Made by a program: the position numbers and the translations under genes
The notes under the pieces: model-generated
Seen by the model: the letters and a program-made list of their open reading frames with translations, nothing else
The model's database searches: none
What the model was told of the DNA's origin: nothing
Shown: positions 60,363 through 64,000 of the stretch, one piece after another
Numbering within the stretch: position 1 is the stretch's first letter
Layout of the letters: the number at the start of each line of letters is the position of its first letter
Assembly (NCBI GenBank): GCA_965263355.1
Contig: CBDHHL010000032.1
Location: forward strand, 672,001-736,000
Reading direction: 5' to 3'
DNA length: 64,000 nt
DNA from: Leptolyngbyaceae cyanobacterium
Lineage (GTDB): Bacteria; Cyanobacteriota; Cyanobacteriia; Phormidesmidales; Phormidesmidaceae

Positions 60363-61571
60363 ATGGGCAAATACATACTGCTGATCGGGGTAAGTACCGG
60401 GGAACTCGCAGCAGAATGCATGGAAATGTCACCCGCGATCGCAAATATCTATGCCCTCAAACAGACACTATTAGCGGTCATTAAAGATCTGCGTGAGGAC
60501 CAGGTGAACATTCTGATCAATCCTGATTGGCAACAAATGCGTCATGCCATTGCCCTGATGACCTATCAGTGTCGTCACAATGATTTATGTCTGATTTATT
60601 ACACTGGCTGTGGTGTAATTGATGCCCACACTGGGAAATTCTACCTATCAGCTAAGGACACCCGCTTGGATGACATTACCAGTACCGCTATCTCCAGCGA
60701 CTACATCCACCAGGCATTGCCGTCCGCCCAAACCAATCTCAACCGGCTGATAGTTCTAGATTGCATGTGGGGGTCACTGCCTACCCAGAGTTCTCTCCAC
60801 AGTCCCCCGATGGCTGTGGAGCATTTCCGTTTGCCTAAGAGCCGACTGGCAAACTGTGACTGCAACCTGTTCACTGCCCTCGGCAGTAACGTCCATCCCT
60901 GGCCCATGGCGAAGACTGGCCTATCCCTATATACCCAATGTTTAACCGAAGGCATAACCACGGGGTTAGCCGATATTGATGCCGATGGAGGGATCTCCAT
61001 CAACGACCTTAAAACTTATATGGCACAGACATTGGAAGCAACTGGTCTAGACATCTTTCCAATGGCTCTTTACGCCTCTAAACAATCTCAGGCTAGTGCG
61101 AACATTCCCCTAATATCAGTGCAGCCCTACTCACCAGAGAGAGAATATCGCCGCAGCGTAGAAGAATATGCCCATCGTGGTCATATTTCTGCCCAAAATC
61201 GTAGCATTTTAGAATTTTTGCGCCATCAGCTAGGCATCACCCTGGCTCAAAGCCAAACGATTGAAGCAGATGTGTTGTCCCCTTATATCGATCACCAGGA
61301 AAATTGCGATCGATATCGCCATGCCCTGCTCGCCGCTCTGGAATTAGAATATCCCTTAGGAACCCCCCTAAAAAAGTGGCTACGTCATCTTCAAAGTGAG
61401 TTATCCCTAAACCATGAAGATGTAGCCAATATTGAAGCTCAAATTACCGCTCAAACCGTTGTCCAAAACGATTCAGTTCAACAGCTTCAAACCTTGCCCC
61501 GATGGTTAACTCCCGTTGATAGACCCCAGCTACCAGCCCATACTTTTAACCCAAATGGGACTCGACAGTAA
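60363..61571 (+). CDS. Caspase-like (peptidase C14) protein, probably inactive
   Basis: LIYYTGCG and IVLDCMWG at the dyad positions; SLYTQCLTEGITTGLADIDADG; helical C-terminal repeats. Confidence 0.8.
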   Translation: MGKYILLIGVSTGELAAECMEMSPAIANIYALKQTLLAVIKDLREDQVNILINPDWQQMRHAIALMTYQCRHNDLCLIYYTGCGVIDAHTGKFYLSAKDTRLDDITSTAISSDYIHQALPSAQTNLNRLIVLDCMWGSLPTQSSLHSPPMAVEHFRLPKSRLANCDCNLFTALGSNVHPWPMAKTGLSLYTQCLTEGITTGLADIDADGGISINDLKTYMAQTLEATGLDIFPMALYASKQSQASANIPLISVQPYSPEREYRRSVEEYAHRGHISAQNRSILEFLRHQLGITLAQSQTIEADVLSPYIDHQENCDRYRHALLAALELEYPLGTPLKKWLRHLQSELSLNHEDVANIEAQITAQTVVQNDSVQQLQTLPRWLTPVDRPQLPAHTFNPNGTRQ

Positions 61572-61814
61572 TCACGACCATTGCGTCAAGTTCAGAATAT
61601 TGGGTAAGACCGTAAAGGGTGAGTCGTAAAGGATGAGTAGTGCCTTAGAAGTATTAAGCAATTAACAAGTTCTCTGTTTATTTATCTCTCTATACCTAGT
61701 AGCGTGGGCAAAATAGGCATATTAATTTCGTCAATTTGCTATTGATGATTATCAGATGATCGGGTAGCGTCTTTGGCATGCTCTTCATTGGCTCAATTTA
61801 ATCGCCTGTTTCCC

Positions 61815-64000
61815 ATGCAATCGGATCCTGCCTACAGCCAATCTCCCTGGATACAGAAAATCTTTAAGGCACTTAACCTGCGCCCAGGAGAGGAACACCG
61901 CACGTTTCTTCTGTTTGCCTTTTATACCCTCATGTCCATGGGAATCATGTGGCTTGAGTTCAGTTCAGCGGCTTTATTTTTAGCTGAGTATGGGGCCAAT
62001 AAGTTACCGCTGATTTATGTCTTTACGGCAGTCGTGGGGGTGAGTTTAGGCAGCATCTATTCCTGGTTGCAGCGTCTCATGCCCCTGCGCCAGGTGATTG
62101 TGCTCATAGCCTTGATAATGACCCTGCCCATATTTTTGTTTCGCATTGGGCTAAACGTAGCCATATGGGCACCCATAACTATTTTTGCCATGCGGCTGTG
62201 GATGGAGGCCATCACTAACCTGAATGAACTCAATTTGTCGGTATTGGCTAACCAGTTATTTAACATCCGTGAGTTGAAACGCACCTTTCCACTGATTAGC
62301 AGCGGAAATCTAATAGCAGACGTTCTGAGTGGGTTTACCCTATTTGCCTTGCTCAGTTTTTTAAACGTTCAAAATATTATCTACCTGGTGCTTGGCATCA
62401 TGCTGGTGGGCACGGCCATTTTGTTCTATGTCAGCAACACCTATGACCATGCATTTCCTGATTCCAAACGTCGCAAAGTTGAAGTTTCCAATGCCAATTT
62501 TTCAGCTCGCCGGTTACGTAAGTTAATTCGGCGCTATGTGTTACTGCTACTGAGCTTTTTTGTTTTCGCTCAAATGTTGCTGTACCTGGTGGAGTATCAG
62601 TTTCTTCACCAGCTAACCGTCCTGAATTTCGGCGTTGACACCATCGCCAGATTCCTAGCCATATTCTGGGGGGTCTTGGGTTTGATGGAACTAATCACCC
62701 AGCTGTTTACCTCCAGTCGTCTGATTGAACGGTTGGGGTTGTTTATCACAGCGGGATTGTTACCATGCCTGATGATTATCCTCAGCAGCCTCTGTTTGGG
62801 AATTAGTCTGGTGCCAGCCCTAGTGGGAGTTAATGGCCTGTTTATTGGGTTAGTAATTATGAAATTTATTGATGAGTTGCTGCGCTACACCATCGTCGCC
62901 AGTGCCCGTCCAGTACTATTTCAGCCAGTGCCAGCCCAGCGAAGAGCCCGAGCACAGTCCTTAGTGGGTTTAGCAGAAGCCATCGCCATTGGGACAGTGG
63001 GTGTCGGTATTTTATTGGTCATGGCTCTATCTGAGCGAGTCACTTGGATCTCCGGAGACAGCATCTTTTTATTGGCAACGCTGGCCTTGGCCTCACTTTG
63101 GCTAGGGAGTATTGTTTTACTGAGATCGCAGTATCTTAACTTGTTGGTCCTCACCGCTGAACGGGGTCTATTAAGTTTTTCTGATGCCAGCTTAAGGGTG
63201 TTAAAACAGGCCATCATCGAAGCCCTAGATAAACCTGGTCCAGAAGCAGACAAACGCTCCCTAATTGAACTGTTAACTCAAATCGAGCCCCGCAGCATCA
63301 GTGAAGTGCTGGCACCGATGTTAAGTGAGCTTTCTCCCACCCTGCAGCAGCAAAGTTTGGAAACCATGCTGGTTTATCCAGACGCCATCTTTACCGACTA
63401 TGTGGATGCGTTGATTTTTCCCTCCCAGGAACCGTCGATTTTAGCCCTGGCTGTACGCTATGTCTGGCTAACGCAAGCAGATGCCGATGTTAATAAGCTC
63501 AAACCCTATCTTAAACCTAGGGTTGATCCAGTCGTACGCGGCACCGCTGCTTCCATGATGCTTAGACATGGCAGTCCTGAAGAACGGGCTAAGGCCACGT
63601 ACATTCTGCAGCAGATGCTTACCCACCAAGAAGAACGGGAACGAGTCATGGGCTGCCGTGCTTTAGGAGAAGCTGAATACATGCAAGGGTTGCGATTACA
63701 CGTGCCCAATTTATTACAGGATGACTCCCTGCGAGTGCGGCGTTCAATGTTAGAAGCGATCGCAGCGACTCAGCTCGAAGAACACTACCCATCATTACTC
63801 CAGGCCTTGCGCTATAAATCCACCCGAGAGGCGGCTATGCAGGCCATGGTGGATCTCGGTAACGAAGCCCTGCCCATGTTGATAGCGCTAGCCAATAATC
63901 GTTACAAGTCTGACACCCTGCGCCACCAGGCATGGCATGTAATTGGTCGCATCGGCACCCTTGAAGCTTTAAACTTACTCGCCTCTAACCTGATGACAGC
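61815..64000 (+). CDS. MFS/NTP-translocase-like permease fused to HEAT repeats, runs off the window edge
   Basis: Not in track (open-ended). My translation: MQSD...LNLRPGEEHRTFLLFAFYT...ANQLFNIRELKRTFPLISSG, many TM helices, then HEAT repeats. Confidence 0.85.
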   Translation, partial: MQSDPAYSQSPWIQKIFKALNLRPGEEHRTFLLFAFYTLMSMGIMWLEFSSAALFLAEYGANKLPLIYVFTAVVGVSLGSIYSWLQRLMPLRQVIVLIALIMTLPIFLFRIGLNVAIWAPITIFAMRLWMEAITNLNELNLSVLANQLFNIRELKRTFPLISSGNLIADVLSGFTLFALLSFLNVQNIIYLVLGIMLVGTAILFYVSNTYDHAFPDSKRRKVEVSNANFSARRLRKLIRRYVLLLLSFFVFAQMLLYLVEYQFLHQLTVLNFGVDTIARFLAIFWGVLGLMELITQLFTSSRLIERLGLFITAGLLPCLMIILSSLCLGISLVPALVGVNGLFIGLVIMKFIDELLRYTIVASARPVLFQPVPAQRRARAQSLVGLAEAIAIGTVGVGILLVMALSERVTWISGDSIFLLATLALASLWLGSIVLLRSQYLNLLVLTAERGLLSFSDASLRVLKQAIIEALDKPGPEADKRSLIELLTQIEPRSISEVLAPMLSELSPTLQQQSLETMLVYPDAIFTDYVDALIFPSQEPSILALAVRYVWLTQADADVNKLKPYLKPRVDPVVRGTAASMMLRHGSPEERAKATYILQQMLTHQEERERVMGCRALGEAEYMQGLRLHVPNLLQDDSLRVRRSMLEAIAATQLEEHYPSLLQALRYKSTREAAMQAMVDLGNEALPMLIALANNRYKSDTLRHQAWHVIGRIGTLEALNLLASNLMT

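Larger units (their letters stand above)
614..63764. repeat. HIP1 octamer GCGATCGC dispersed across the window
   Basis: About 23 copies counted by eye (e.g. near 614, 2202, 5213, 7627, 9950, 38746, 42188, 47863, 63757), far above chance. Confidence 0.9.

Noticed and set aside
1..64000. CRISPR arrays, tRNA/rRNA genes, intact IS transposases, glnA/glutamine riboswitch, and the short antisense ORFs in the track
   Set aside because: No repeat-spacer array, cloverleaf, transposase or riboswitch consensus was recognisable by eye; the short overlapping ORFs are shadows of real genes.

Overview
64 kb of a cyanobacterial chromosome. About 23 HIP1 octamers (GCGATCGC), psbX, ycf66, ycf19 and NtcA/NtcB sites are present. 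Use of nrtP rather than nrtABCD, plus a ferredoxin-fused NirA, suggests a marine filamentous Leptolyngbya-like strain (inference). Housekeeping genes: sigG-like ECF sigma, arfB, uvrC, secA, ygfZ, ilvN and an amino-acid ABC transporter (natFGH/aapJQMP type). A signalling block runs CHAT-TPR, DUF928, CHASE2-GGDEF, converging on a FIST/NosP plus histidine kinase operon. A full nitrate-assimilation cluster follows (cnaT-ntcB-nirB <> nirA-nrtP-narB), with NtcA/NtcB promoters readable in the sequence. Two accessory patches carry nuclease/defence genes and pseudogenes (3.2-6.5 kb and 47.3-52 kb). Most notable: (i) two small membrane-protein ORFs between nirA and nrtP, each with an upstream NtcA-type site and the first also with NtcB sites; (ii) a terminator-like hairpin in the nirA leader and a switch-like structured nrtP leader; (iii) a perfect 62-bp spacerless palindrome; (iv) a decayed duplicate of the narB 3' end bracketing a dual-Cys cyanobacteriochrome kinase; (v) a NosP-kinase/diguanylate cyclase module beside the nitrate cluster. 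All calls come from reading the sequence by eye; no database searches were run.
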